Program-made: the position numbers and the translations under genes | From: Tilletiaria anomala UBC 951 | Taxonomy: Eukaryota | DNA: 64,000 nucleotides | Reading direction: 5' to 3' | Assembly (NCBI RefSeq): GCF_000711695.1 | Contig: NW_013547020.1 | Span: 1-64,000 of the forward strand | Notes under the pieces: generated by a model | The model's database searches: none | What the model was told of the DNA's origin: nothing | Seen by the model: the letters and a program-made list of their open reading frames with translations, nothing else | Shown: positions 13,006-25,158 of the stretch, one piece after another | Layout: each line of letters opens with the position of its first letter | Numbering within the stretch: position 1 is the stretch's first letter

Positions 13006-13844
13006 ATGTCATCTACAACTAATTTTCCGGATCAACTGCTTGCGCGCAACGCGGACTGGGCTTCAGCCGTCGCCACGAAGGAGCCAGAACTTCTCAAGTC
13101 GTCCGCTGCAGGGCAGGCACCAAAGGTCCTTTGGATAGGCTGTGCGGATTCACGGGTGCCGGAAAGTGTCGTGTGCGATGCCAAGCCAGGCGAGGTCTTC
13201 GTCACGCGAAACATTGCCAACCAATTCAACCCACAAGATGATAATGCCGTCAGCGTCCTGACCTATGGAGTGCAAGCCCTGGGTGTCGAGCATGGTCAGT
13301 CTCACACCACAGCACGATATACGCGCCATTGTTTCCGCTTCTCTTCAGCGTCGATCTTATGAGTTTTTTGTTTTTATTGTTTCCCTCTGTCGCAGTCGTC
13401 GTCGTGGGTCACACCAGCTGCGGCGGAGTGAATGCTGCCATCGCTGCTGCATCCTCTGCTGCGGATGGCAAAAAGACGGAGAGTCCTTTGTCGCGCTACT
13501 TGACTCCCCTGGTGCAGTTGGCTGGCCGGGTCCAGACGGAGTGTAGCAGTCTGTCGGGACCAGAGCTGGCGAACCAGGTGCTCGAGGCGAGCGTCAAACA
13601 GCAAGTGGAAAATGTCGTCCAGACGGACGTGATACAGAGTAATTGGAAAGGCGAAGTATCTCCGTTGAGCAACAAGGTCATGTCTAAGGTGGCTGTGCAT
13701 GGGTGAGTGACGGGAAGCATGGCAGCGGCGCGCAAGCAACGCGATGTGTAGCTAATGTTTGTCCTGCACGCGTGTGCGCTTAGCTGGATCTACGACGTCG
13801 CCTCGGGTAAACTGAAACATGTCATCACGAAGAACCCCGTGTAA
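13006..13844 (+). CDS. NCE103: Beta-class carbonic anhydrase; exons 13006-13294, 13396-13702, 13784-13844; alternative upstream in-frame ATG at 12805
   Basis: GQAPKVLWIGCADSRVPE, GEVFVTRNIANQ, VVGHTSCGG (Zn ligands C, D, H, C), VHGWIYDVASGKL. Confidence 0.93.
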
Positions 13845-16119
13845 CCGATGGAGCACAAGGAAGGCGCTTCCAGGCCAGGTGGATGGAGTTGACCGAAGCA
13901 CATCGTCGTGCCGGGTCTAACTGCTAGATCCGCGCGAGCATGCGGGTTCCAAGACTCTAACTTCGACTATCTTCCGCCATAGGCCTAATTACATGCTATA
14001 CGTCAGACCCATAGTCCTATTTCTTCGGACACTTGTGTAGGGCCCCAGCCCGAGTTGACTGCAGCATGCAACATTTGAATTTAACGCGTCACAAGTGTGG
14101 TCTGGACAGTCACCTCGTGACGCAACATGTGACAGATATGAGGGTCTACGCTCTACAGCCTTGGGTTGATGCGCTGCAGCAGTCACAACTGCTGAGGCTT
14201 GAAACATTGAACCTCGGTGAAAATGCTTTATGCTCGATGCTTGATACGTGCTTGGCGCTTTACGCTTGAGGCGTTGACGCTGGACACTTCACAAGTAACA
14301 TTTTTATACCTTGAGTCCTTGAGGCGCTCGACGTCTGACGCAAGAGGCCTTGGCACTGGGCAGGTCCGGGTACTCGCCGCCTCGCAGGTGGATGCTCATC
14401 TGGCATCTGCTCATATCTTGTACTATTGTGCAGACGCATCATGACTCACGCAACGTTAGAAGACCGGTGTCAGGTGTGGCTCTTCATGGCTATCGGCCTG
14501 CGCTGTGGTGAATCGAAAGTGAAATGGAAGCGCTTGTTCAAGCAACGAGAGAAACTTGCGGGGCTGCGGCCTGCACACGCTCACGCTGAACTGGCAGGCA
14601 CAGGCCACACCATGGGCGATCAGCTCAGATCCCAGTGACCCTGGTGAGAGTGCATGGGTTCTGGCACTGCTTCCAGCAGTTCTTTGTTCTGGTCTTCGAC
14701 CACTTGAACGACGGTTGGAACTACTTGGAACCTGCCATGCCCACATAGCCCATGTTTATGCTTGAGTTCAGTATTGTACATCTGTAGGTACATAATTGTT
14801 GATCTCTGATGATTGCCACTGACCGCACAGCCTGCCAGACTCGACTCGGAGAAGAGCCTGTTAGAGCTCAATCTCCAGAGGCCAGAAAAGACCATACAGT
14901 TCAGATTCCAAATGGCCATCCTGAATGCCAAAACCGACGCCACAGGGCACGCATGAACGCCGTGCGAGTTGCGAAGTCGGACTCAGTGCAGAAAGCTCTC
15001 ACCACTTGGGTCTCATTGGTACTCGAACCCGCACTGTTGTGAGGCACGGAAGCAACACGTGACGAGACACATTCACATCTAGAGGGATGGGCCTCATCAG
15101 CACATTCACCAGTGTCTCTCTCCTTCGCTGTCCACTGTGATCACGCATGCTGTACTATGGTATATGCACGTGTATGTTCCTCAGACTTGCATGAACGTAG
15201 CTAATGCACCTGCCTTCGAAGAGTGCCTCTGCACCTTTGAGGATTAGTCGACTGTGGCCACCGAGGATCACAACAGAACGTTTCGAGGCATTCAATCATT
15301 TAAATGGTCCATTCAGCGTCAACGCTTGCTTCCAACTTTCCAGGTTATGGCAGGTGATCCTCCCAGACCCCCGCGCAGGTCGCAGGCCCACGCATGTCCC
15401 GTCCACGCTCGCTGTAGATGGGTAGGTACATACTGTACATACTTTGGCGTGATCACGCTGGGTCACACTGTAAAAGTATACGAATGTGCCCCGCAGTATG
15501 TATGCACTGGTACATACTGCAGACATTTACAAGAAATTCATTATCAAAGCGCACACGAGCTGTCGACGACAGCGGTTTAAACTTGAAGGGAACTGGGTGC
15601 AAATGGAGCTCGGGACTGCCACAACATAGGGCAACAACGGATAGCACAATATACCATATGAGTCGCTCTATTTGTTCGATAGGTTGTTGTTGGGGTTGTG
15701 GTGCTTGTTGAGTGTTGTGCCCTGTTGCCGTTCAGTGTGTGCCACGGCATGGCCACAGCACACCTGCAATCCAGATGCCGCTGCGAGTCGTTGTTGGGAG
15801 AGCGGTGAGGTGCCGCTCATTCCACAGAGGGCGCGCTGCTGTCCTAGTGCCCGAGACGCTTTGGCTGCTCTGCTGCAGGGACACCGCTGCCACATGTGCA
15901 TTGGCTGGCATTCAACAGTCTCATCTCTCATTCCATGCTCCTTCGCTATGGCCATGCCACGCCCGGTGGGGAGGGAGAGCGGCCGCGATAAATTAGGTGG
16001 ACCGTGCCGTATGGGCTGTGGGGCAGCGAGCGGTGCACTGTGCGCAAAGCTGGATCTCTCGGACCAAATCCATCATCACCAACTCAACCTGCGCCTCCAT
16101 CTCCAATCGCTCTCCACCT

Positions 16120-16155
16120 CATCATTATCATCATTATCATCACTATCATCAGCAT
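16120..16155. repeat. (TCA)n trinucleotide microsatellite
   Basis: catcattatcatcattatcatcactatcatcagcat. Confidence 0.7.
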
Positions 16156-16429
16156 CGTTCATACACACACGCATGTCTCTTCACCATCGAGCAGTCCATC
16201 TGCTTTCGGCTATCACGTCACCCTGACCCCTCCGACGACCGCGCCTGGACACCCCATCCCGGCGAGCCAAGTCGAGCCGCTCGTGAGTTGTGCAATGTTT
16301 TGGACCTCATGGCATCTGCGGCCAACCGCGCCCAGCCTGAGCCACACTGTAGCCAGCTTCCACTAACTGACGCAGCCGATTTTGCTTCTGCTTCTTCCTT
16401 GTCTTCGTTATAACAGCTGGTTGGTCGTA

Positions 16430-19400
16430 ATGGCTGCTACCAGCATCTCTGGCAGGAGGATAGCAGCACCCTCTGCTGGCCACGCGGTGCACGGGGCACT
16501 AGGCTTGGATGACGAGAATATCCAGGAGGACAGGTCCCCGCAACCAGGCTCCAACCAGCCCTCCTTCAAGTCAAAGTTCCTGCGCGGTGCAGCTTCGCCA
16601 GGGCACCTGAAAGGGCAAGGCCAGCACCAAGCTTCTTGGCAACAACAGCACACATGGATGCCATCTAGTGAGCATCTGGAGGCTGCAGATCCCCTGCGAC
16701 TACAACGGAACATCAGCCCTGCAGCCTCTGCCGAAGACGAGGGGTATACCAGCGCAAACAGCTGGGGTCACAGCGCGTTCAATGTCCCTCCAACAGCCAA
16801 ATACATTGAAATGCGACAGGCAATGCCTCGTTCATCGCAGCATGCTCCCGAATATGCGCGAGATGCTGGCAATTTTACATCCTCCCCTGCGCACGACACG
16901 CAAGAGAAGGAAACGCCCAGGACGGAGAACAATCGTCGCCATGGCGATGCTTCCACCTCTGGTAGTGGACATACTGCAGTGGATGGGACCACCCACCTGG
17001 CTATGCCGACGCGGCCCGCACCCCTACCCGCACCCGACGTGCCAGATCAGCTCCCACATCAACTACAGGCGGACTTGTGCTCCAGCTCGGTCAACGCAGC
17101 GGCCGGCGAGATGTCGAACAGCGAATCCGCAGTAGCAACAGCAACAGCTGACGAAGACGAGCGACCTCTCGGGGAGATCCAGAAGCAAATGTCATCGGAA
17201 CCGTCTTACAAGGACATCCCAATTCCTGCCATTCCCGTTACCGTTGTAGTACCACGCCGCACAAGAGCCAAGAAGCAGAGATCGCCAGTGCTCTCTTACG
17301 CCGAAGGCGAAGAGGAGGAGGAGAGGTTATATGCGATGACGGAGCAACCGGCAGACATCAAGCGGATGCCCTCCCTTGGCCCCAAAGTCAAGAAGAATGC
17401 ACCTGCACCTTGGGAGGTTGAGGGAGCGGAAGAAGAGTTTCTCAACCCTCCGTCCTCCAGGGCACAGCGCGAATGGTGGGGCCGGAAGAGTACCGAAGTG
17501 CGAGACCAGGGTCGACTCTCGATCGAGAGCAGCCGAAATGTTGATGCAACGTCGGCGACACCACTCGAAGATGCTCTAGGCTCTGATAGCGCATCTATCG
17601 CTGCATCCGCTGGAAGTTTCTTCGCAGCCACCCGAGCGCGCTCCAAGAGCGTGAGCAGCAGTGCTGCAAGCGTCTTGAAAGGCCTCGGTCTGTCTGCCCC
17701 TCCGATGTCTGGGAAGAAGAAGCACCCACTGAAGTTGGTTAAGCCTCTTTCAAGAGAAGACGGTAGAAAGCCTCGCATGCAACTGGCAGCGGGCATCTCG
17801 AGCGAGGACTACCAAAATCTACCGGCCGACTGGTCTCCGCCTCCCTCTGCGCCTGCTCTCTTGTCGGCTCCACGCAATAGCATTTCCCCCATGACTGAAT
17901 CGTTCGTCCACCTCCAGACTGCCAACACATGTGGCTATCCCCTCCGGAGTTCCTCACGCACGGAGCCAATGCCGCCGCTGCCGACTGATGCATACCGGAT
18001 GAGACAGAGCAGCAGCAACGAGAGCAACAATCTGAGCACGACCTCGCCAACAGATGCATCCCAACACAGCAGCACAACTGCCGCTACCAGCCCTGCCACG
18101 CCTTCCTTTGTCGAAGCGCAGAGTATCTCCAAGGATTCTACAACAAGTCATGCCAATCAGTCCGATTTGGTCGACACATCTGCGGGTGAGGCAGAAATGC
18201 TCAATGAGCTGCAATCGGCGCAAGCGCCTTCTAATAGCAATTCCACGCCATACAAACTCATCTCCCTCGAACAAGCGCGTATCAACCAGGTTCGCGAGCG
18301 TGAACTCGCACGTCAAAGGATCAGTGCATTGAACGCTGCGAGCATTGGCGCGGACGAGACACCGAGGACCACCTCCGATGGTTTCTCCTCTTCGATCAGC
18401 ATGACATCCTTTGGTTCTGCCAGCCAAGCAGCAGAGACGCGTTCTCTGCGCAACAAAAAGAGCGGATTTTTGCGCATGTTCAACAAGGAAAAACCACCGG
18501 AACATGCACCGATGATGCCCTCCTCACCTGGCAGCAGGCCCGAGACGGCATCCACTGTCCTCGCGGATGAATTGCCTCCACGACCCTTGCTCGAGGCTCC
18601 AAGGTCCAGAATACAAACAGAAGAGCGGCCAGCGATGCAGGCATCGGGTCTTACCGCGCCAGCGCTCAGCCTGCGACCGATGAGCTCCATGTTCAGCGGT
18701 TTCCAGCCCGAGATGCTCGATGCCGGTGTGGCAAGTGGTACCGGCGGCGCCAGTAAACGCTCCGCTTCGGCGATATCTGCGTTAAGTGATGTGGCAGAGC
18801 CCTCGCCGACTACGAGCATGCTCGGCAGCAGTGGTGCGAACTCGCTCTCGAGCCGCCGGCGAGCACGAGCTCCAGCTGACATCATCACCGCACCCTATGT
18901 GGGTCCTGCCGCGGCTGGGCCAAAGTCTTCCGGCAGTTTACAAGCTCGATCTGCGCCTCCACGACGGTCCAGCGTAGACACGTCCGAAAGCAATGGGCAG
19001 TACTTCTCGCCCGTGACTTCGCCAAGCGCCGTCAAGGTTGAGAGCATGGAGGCCGCGCGCCCAACTTCGATTCACAGTCATGTTTCGGATGACCCCACGC
19101 GGGCATCGCTGCCATCTCCCGCGTGGCGCAATCGAATCATGGAGATCGAGCAAAAAATGGCAGAGCTCGCATCGGAGCTTTCTGAGATCCGACAGACGCA
19201 GGCGTCTCAGCTCGGACCTCCACTGCCAGATGAAGCCTTGGCTTCCCCCGTTTCACTGGGAGGACGGAGTCCAAACCTCCCTTCGGTATCGCCTATCCCG
19301 CCTTGCTCAAGCTGCGGCTGCTCTTGCGCTGAGAAGCGCAGGCAGCAGGCTCTGAACGAGGCTGCGTTGCTTAAGGGCTCCAGTGTCCTTGACCGCGGTC

Positions 19401-19465
19401 GCGCCATCAAACCCCTGGGCGAAGGCAACACGAGCAAGTTCGGCGGTCATTGGGACCGCCAGTGA
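16430..19465 (+). CDS. Hypothetical ~1,011-aa Ser/Pro-rich disordered protein with C-terminal coiled coil and CxxCxCxC motif
   Basis: Uninterrupted 3-kb ORF; coiled coil RIMEIEQKMAELASELSEIRQ; PPCSSCGCSCAE near the C-terminus. Confidence 0.85.
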   Translation: MAATSISGRRIAAPSAGHAVHGALGLDDENIQEDRSPQPGSNQPSFKSKFLRGAASPGHLKGQGQHQASWQQQHTWMPSSEHLEAADPLRLQRNISPAASAEDEGYTSANSWGHSAFNVPPTAKYIEMRQAMPRSSQHAPEYARDAGNFTSSPAHDTQEKETPRTENNRRHGDASTSGSGHTAVDGTTHLAMPTRPAPLPAPDVPDQLPHQLQADLCSSSVNAAAGEMSNSESAVATATADEDERPLGEIQKQMSSEPSYKDIPIPAIPVTVVVPRRTRAKKQRSPVLSYAEGEEEEERLYAMTEQPADIKRMPSLGPKVKKNAPAPWEVEGAEEEFLNPPSSRAQREWWGRKSTEVRDQGRLSIESSRNVDATSATPLEDALGSDSASIAASAGSFFAATRARSKSVSSSAASVLKGLGLSAPPMSGKKKHPLKLVKPLSREDGRKPRMQLAAGISSEDYQNLPADWSPPPSAPALLSAPRNSISPMTESFVHLQTANTCGYPLRSSSRTEPMPPLPTDAYRMRQSSSNESNNLSTTSPTDASQHSSTTAATSPATPSFVEAQSISKDSTTSHANQSDLVDTSAGEAEMLNELQSAQAPSNSNSTPYKLISLEQARINQVRERELARQRISALNAASIGADETPRTTSDGFSSSISMTSFGSASQAAETRSLRNKKSGFLRMFNKEKPPEHAPMMPSSPGSRPETASTVLADELPPRPLLEAPRSRIQTEERPAMQASGLTAPALSLRPMSSMFSGFQPEMLDAGVASGTGGASKRSASAISALSDVAEPSPTTSMLGSSGANSLSSRRRARAPADIITAPYVGPAAAGPKSSGSLQARSAPPRRSSVDTSESNGQYFSPVTSPSAVKVESMEAARPTSIHSHVSDDPTRASLPSPAWRNRIMEIEQKMAELASELSEIRQTQASQLGPPLPDEALASPVSLGGRSPNLPSVSPIPPCSSCGCSCAEKRRQQALNEAALLKGSSVLDRGRAIKPLGEGNTSKFGGHWDRQ

Positions 19466-19897
19466 AGCATCGCTCACTCTCACTCTTGACTCGCGCGTGG
19501 GCGTGGGCGCGCCAATTCAAATACCTAGCGCTCGCCACATGCTACAAGATACCCTGCGCTCTGCACGACCTTTTTTACGATGGGACCCGGCGGAATTGAT
19601 ACCTTTACGATAGCACGCATCCCCGTCCATTCACGAAGCAGTCACATTTATTTTGTATACACCAACTGTAGCACTTTGATGAGAGTTTGTCACGAAATGG
19701 GCTTTTGTTGATTACTGTAGGTTTTGGCGTGGCAGGCATCTCCACTCAGTGATGAGTCGCGGATTCCGGCGTGAAAGTCTCGGGCTAGCTTAAAATCTCC
19801 AAAACATTGCATCACGACTACCGCATGCGCGTTCGACAAGAACGCACGGAGAGAGTGCGTGAGGGCAGCAGTGGTGCTATACGAGCAGCTGAGTTGA

Positions 19898-21526
19898 CTA
19901 TTCCAGATCCTGCTTGAGCACAAAGCGGTACTTGACGTCGTTATCGGAAACTCGCTTGACAGCCTCCGAGCAGCGGCTCATAGGCAGGACCTCGATCCAT
20001 GGCTTGATCTCCTTATCGGCGGCGAGCTTCAGCACTGCATTTAAGAGGTGGAAGCAGAAGGATCGCTCAGCGGATCATAGAGTCAAGGAACAGCGTCTGG
20101 CTCGGCGCGCCGCGCGTGCGCGCATGCATCCATGCAGATACTCACTGGAGAGGACCTCCTTCCTGCTTCCGATGTGACTAGAGCCGAAGAAGCATCCGTT
20201 CCCAGCGAAGGCTTGGACGCGCATGTCCTTGAACGAGTCCTCAGGCATGCCGACGAAGACGAGCTTGCCGTGAACGTTGAGAGTGGAGAGCATGGCAGGT
20301 AGGTCGACAGCGCTTGAGGATGCAGTGCTGACAATAAGGTCGAGCGGGTTCTGGGCGAGCTTCTTGGCCCAGTTGGGAGTCTCCTTGGTCGAGATGAACT
20401 CCTTGGCGCCCATCTTGAGTGCGTCCTCTCGCTTGGAAGGTGAGTGCGAGATGGCGATCACCTCAGCACCCATCGCAGCGGCGAACAGAACGCCGTACTG
20501 AGGTGAGTGGAAGCGTAGTTTCTTGTGTGAACTGGGTGTAAAGCAGACAGACAGCGAAGTGCTCAACGTCAAAGCACAGAAGACTCACGTGTCCGAGACC
20601 ACCGATCCCGACGATGCCGACACGCTTGCCGGGGCCACAACCGTTGCGTAAGAGCGGCGAGTATGAAGCTGTTGTTCAAGGCGCAGAGGAAATGGACCAC
20701 AGAGAAGCCGGGTCAGCATGGCTTGATCAAAAAATTGTAAAGAGACTCTTCACGAGCAGACATCTACTGACTGATGCCCGCGCAAAGCATAGAGGCCGCG
20801 TTCTCGCTGCTGATCGCGTCGGGGATGGGGAAGACAAACTGCTGGTGGGCGCGAATCTGGGTCGAGTAGCCGCCCTGGGCAATGCTGCCGTCGGCGTACT
20901 TGGAGTTGTACGTGTCGAGCACGCCCTTTTTTCCGTCACCACGACAGTAGTTCTCATTGTCGTTCCAGCAGGGAACGCAGTTCATGCATGAGCTGACCTG
21001 GGCGCCAACGCCGACGCGGTCGCCAACCTTTACGTCCTTGACATTCTTGCCAACCTCGGTGACGGTGCCGATGATTTCGTGGCCGGGAATGACATAAGGA
21101 ACAGCAAGCTTGCCCCAGCCGCCCGAGATGGTCTTTCAGAATTCGTGTTAAGGAAATGGGAGGTCAGCACCGGTGATCCATGCGCTCAGAGTGCCAGATG
21201 ACAATCGGGATGCAGCTGTACGCACGTGGACGTCACTAAAAAGGCCACACAGTGACAACTCCGTCAGCAAGTGTGAGGATAGACAGGGCCAACAGCAGCA
21301 TTGTGGTGGTTGTTTGTCTCACCTTCCGCATACACCGCAGTGTGTGATGGAGAGGGTAATATCATCGTCCTCGGCGGGCTTGAGGTCAAAATCCTCGACC
21401 TTGAAGTTGGTCCAGTCTTTGGTGTCGTGGATCTGACGACGCGAAGGGATAAGAAGGATTCGACCGAATCAGCGCTAATTCGGTGGCAGAGCCAAGACGG
21501 ATGCTCACTGCGTATCCTTTGGGCAT
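19898..21526 (-). CDS. NADP-dependent Zn alcohol dehydrogenase (cinnamyl-ADH/Adh6-like), many introns including a 10-nt microexon 21226-21235
   Basis: CGVCGS-DVH-TISGGW, PGHEIIG, VGDRVGVGAQVSSCMNCVPC...ENYC, ASMLCAGI, GIGGLGH, GSSHIGS, VKYRFVL. Confidence 0.93.
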
Positions 21527-22789
21527 GTTGGCTGATGAGTTTGAATGTACAAGGCTTGATGGTTGAGTGAAGGGTTCAGTGTACGCTAAGCGGTAGCTTG
21601 TGGTTGGGGTGAGGATCCTTCCGGGAAATCTCTTTGACTTGGTGGTGTAGGTAAGGATTACAAGTAATATGGAAGGAAGATGTCGGTCGACACATGCGTG
21701 CGTACGCAATGTGTCTTGTTATGTCGTTTGGCGTTCGGACGAGGAGCCAGCCAGCCAGTCGGTCCGGCTTAGGGCTATGATGATGTCCGATTGATAGTAT
21801 TCTCATTCTTGCTGTGAGTGTAACCCCTGAAGTAACAATGAGCCACTCACTGGTCCAGTACGGATGTAACGGGTGCTTCCAGCACATGAATGAGTTCCCC
21901 ACGCCCCTCCACGCCCAGGGGCCCCCACGCTGAGGAGGGGACGACAGGCTACTGGGAACTGGTGCGGGGAACGTGTGGGCACACACCACTAGGCAAGTGC
22001 CTCGCACGGGCCACAGGAGAAGGGGATGATGACCCATGTGTTTGCAGATCATTCGGCGGTTATTACATCAGCTTACATTCATGTGGACTCGAAGAGATAC
22101 GAGGAAGTCGAACCTGGGGCAGCACATTCTCTTACTTTTGATAATCATAAACATCCCCTCGTATGAGGTTCGCAGAGCCTTAAACATGGGACAGACTCAG
22201 ACTCTGATGAGATGTGTGTGATGAATGCTACCTGCCCGATCGAGCCCAATCCGACAACGAACGATCCAAGCACGCTTTTAATTGTAGACCAGCGTGTATG
22301 CATTGCACGCAACAGGTGCTCCCGAGTTATTCCTACACTCGACCCTCCTGCCCGCCCCCTCTCCCAGGGGACATTTTGTTGTCTGGTATCTCGTTGAACA
22401 GCATGGCCCTGGTATGATTCAAAACTGAATGAATGTGGGTGTGGCTCAGCGCAAGGGGAATGTGTGACTGCAGGTGAAGAAAAAGGAATGACTTGCTCCA
22501 TGGATGTTATTTGCTCGCTGGCACGTCGCATCGCCTTTGGACAAAGCGAAATCGGAAGACGAACCGGAGCGGTGATTTTGTTGCGTGCGTAAGCCTCTTT
22601 CTCCAGTGCAAAGGAATGAGAAGACTGCCGTTAGATCACTCGATGATACCTGTGAAGAATGGTGATACGTAACGTTGATGTGAGCGATCGCGGATATGTG
22701 TACGCGTGTTGATGAGTGAATGAGTGGGAGAGACGCTTTGGTAACGATAGTGCCCTTGTTGATGGCGATGATGAATGCTTCCATAATTC

Positions 22790-23400
22790 AGTGGTAACGA
22801 CCTCCCGAAGGTCCGTGTCGGCCTCCACGCGCCGATCCTCGCCGGAGCCATCAAGTACGCCATCCCAAGCCCACTTTGTCGCTCGAGTACGTCAGGTAGG
22901 GCAAACACAAGATCGACACAGCATTTCTCCACGCCGAGCCATGGCTAAATGGATTCGACGGGCGATCGATGAGCAAGCGCCTCGAGATGCTCTTCCGCGA
23001 GCGCGGCTACAGACCTGGCTCTGCGCAGATGGCCCATGTCAACACGAAGAGCGCGGCAAGATGACCCGTGCCAGCAGCAAGTAGCCGGCACCAAGCTGCA
23101 CTGCAGCATTAGGGGCCATGAACAGTATCCCGGCGAATACCCCCCCCCCTCAACACACACACACACACCCTCCTGGTGAGATATGAAGAAGATCCCTGGC
23201 GGTCGCGGCGTGGATGGTACCAGCTTGGACAAATGGTACAGCTGCAGCGTCGAGAACGTCGCGCAGTAGCCGAGGATCAACGCCTGGAAGATCTGTTGAC
23301 CACAAAGGGGAAGAGTTTGCCCGAGCCAATGTCGCGCCCGAGTAAGGGGCTGTGGAACTGGAAGCCCTGCAGGCAACGTTGACAGATGCGACCGTGGGAT
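22790..23400 (+). pseudogene. Degenerate coding remnant of unknown origin
   Basis: Coding-like C/G-ending codons in broken frames (GNDLPKVRVGLHAPILAGAIKY; KIDTAFLHAEPW..MSKRLEMLFRERGY; DMKKIPGGRGVDGTSLDKWY) with stops, frameshifts and a poly-C/(CA)n tract. Confidence 0.3.
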
Positions 23401-24441
23401 GACCGTGGAGGCGGATGCAGCCAGCAGTCCCCGCACCACCTTGTTCGCAGCACCTGGTCACGGACGCGCACATCACAAGGAAGCATCTGCTTCTCAAACG
23501 GCTCTATGGCCGGGAATAGCACCCACAGCGTCCGCTTGTGCTTTCACCGTCGACACAGGTGGAAAGCTCGTTTCACCTTCTGCGGGGGGTTGGTCAGATC
23601 CCCGCCTACGCTATCGTACACCAATCAGGCAGGCGTCCTTTCACGCTCGATCGACACTGCATGTACACGCTTCTTTTGTAGCGGATGCAGCTGCCGCTGA
23701 GAGCAGCACTTGCTGAGGTCTCCCGCAGTTTGTTCCCATATGGCATCTCCCTCTGCCATGCCCGGATCTTCGCCATGTCCTGCGCCGGCGTGCCGTCTGG
23801 CAGCGGATCATCTTGTTTGGAATTGCGCATATCCGTCAGAAGCTTGTGACGTCGCGACTCCAAATCGACTTGAGATGATGGTGGCGCCGACTTGCCGCCT
23901 GTGCTGGCACGTTGCTGCGTTGACTGGGTGGATCGATATTCCGCGAAGGCGGCTCGGGTCGATGAAGAGCAAGATTCCGAGCGTAACACGCGCACCGAGG
24001 AACGGGTAGATGGACGCAAACGACATCGCTGGGTGCAAGATGCAGTAAAAGGCGTCTCAAAACATAGAAATAATGCAGGCCAAGCTGCGAAGCAAAGCAG
24101 TGTTGCAAAAAGACCTGCGTAGCGTATTGCGATAGGAGGTGGCACGTGTGATCGATCCGCGACTCTGGTCGCAGTAGCGTCTACTTGCATCATGGCTACT
24201 GCGCTCTTGAAGTTGTCGGCAGACAGAAAGACGTGCGGTATAGGCTTACCAGGCTGCAAGCGTGCTCTGGCAGGCGAAGCCAATATCTTTGGAGCTGCTC
24301 TGTGCCTCGCTGGCTTGCTTAGCTATCACTAAGATCATGATGAAACTCGGCTCTTATCGCGCGGTTGAGGTGCGGAAGCAAGGCATCGACCTTAGGGCAT
24401 TGCTGCTCATAGCGAGCCAGACTTAGTATGCGCTCCTGGTA

Positions 24442-25158
24442 TCAGGACGTTTGCACTTGCTCGACTGGGCACGATTGACCTGCGCTACCTGTCGCTTTTG
24501 CTTTGCCCTTTGTCCTTCCAGGCATCGCAGGCCCGAGTTTTGCCTCCTTACCGACCATGTCTGAAAAGATCGGAGGCGCCTCCAGCCGGAAATTCAAGTC
24601 CTTTGACATTGCTTGCTGGCCAGGAGGCGATGGTTCGACTTCGCTACCACTGTGTCCGCGTGACGACTCGAACGTCAGGCCCAGACCTGCGAAGATTTTC
24701 GTATCATCCATCGGGTTCCACCTCAATATTGGGAGGTGCTCGTGGGTGATTGATTTGCGCGCTAGCCTCGGCTTCAACGGCGTGCCTGGTGGCGAGATTT
24801 TGGAGTAGTTGTGTGGAGGGTTTTGCTCGAGCTCGCTGTCAGAGCAGGTGAATGTTTGGCCATGATTCAGATCGCTGCGTGCCGTGCCAGGGCGCACCGT
24901 CGCCCAGTTCCGTTGCGCCCTTGAAATGACAGCGTCTTCGGGAATGGTGTCGGGCTCGAGCTGTGACAGTGCCTCTTTCGAAGATGGGAGCATGAATTTC
25001 TGCAGCTCGGGCATTTCCAGTACATGCAAGACAGTCAGCCTGGCACGCATAAGCCTTTGCAAGTGCAAAGGGGCTCCGAGCTGAGCCGCCAGTTCTGCAC
25101 TGTGCGCGATGGGCTGTATGCATAGGAGCATAGTGAGCAAATGCACAAGCAAGCGCAT
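24442..25158 (-). CDS. Putative secreted orphan protein (~238 aa if unspliced; may splice to exons near 23600-24300)
   Basis: N-terminus MRLLVHLLTMLLCIQPIAHSA resembles a signal peptide and lies within a 302-codon ORF; no recognisable domain. Confidence 0.4.
   Translation of the reverse strand: MRLLVHLLTMLLCIQPIAHSAELAAQLGAPLHLQRLMRARLTVLHVLEMPELQKFMLPSSKEALSQLEPDTIPEDAVISRAQRNWATVRPGTARSDLNHGQTFTCSDSELEQNPPHNYSKISPPGTPLKPRLARKSITHEHLPILRWNPMDDTKIFAGLGLTFESSRGHSGSEVEPSPPGQQAMSKDLNFRLEAPPIFSDMVGKEAKLGPAMPGRTKGKAKATGSAGQSCPVEQVQTS

Noticed and set aside
4094..21526. Possible metabolic gene cluster (crotonase, MFS, carbonic anhydrase, ADH)
   Set aside because: No backbone enzyme or transcription factor; interleaved with unrelated housekeeping genes.
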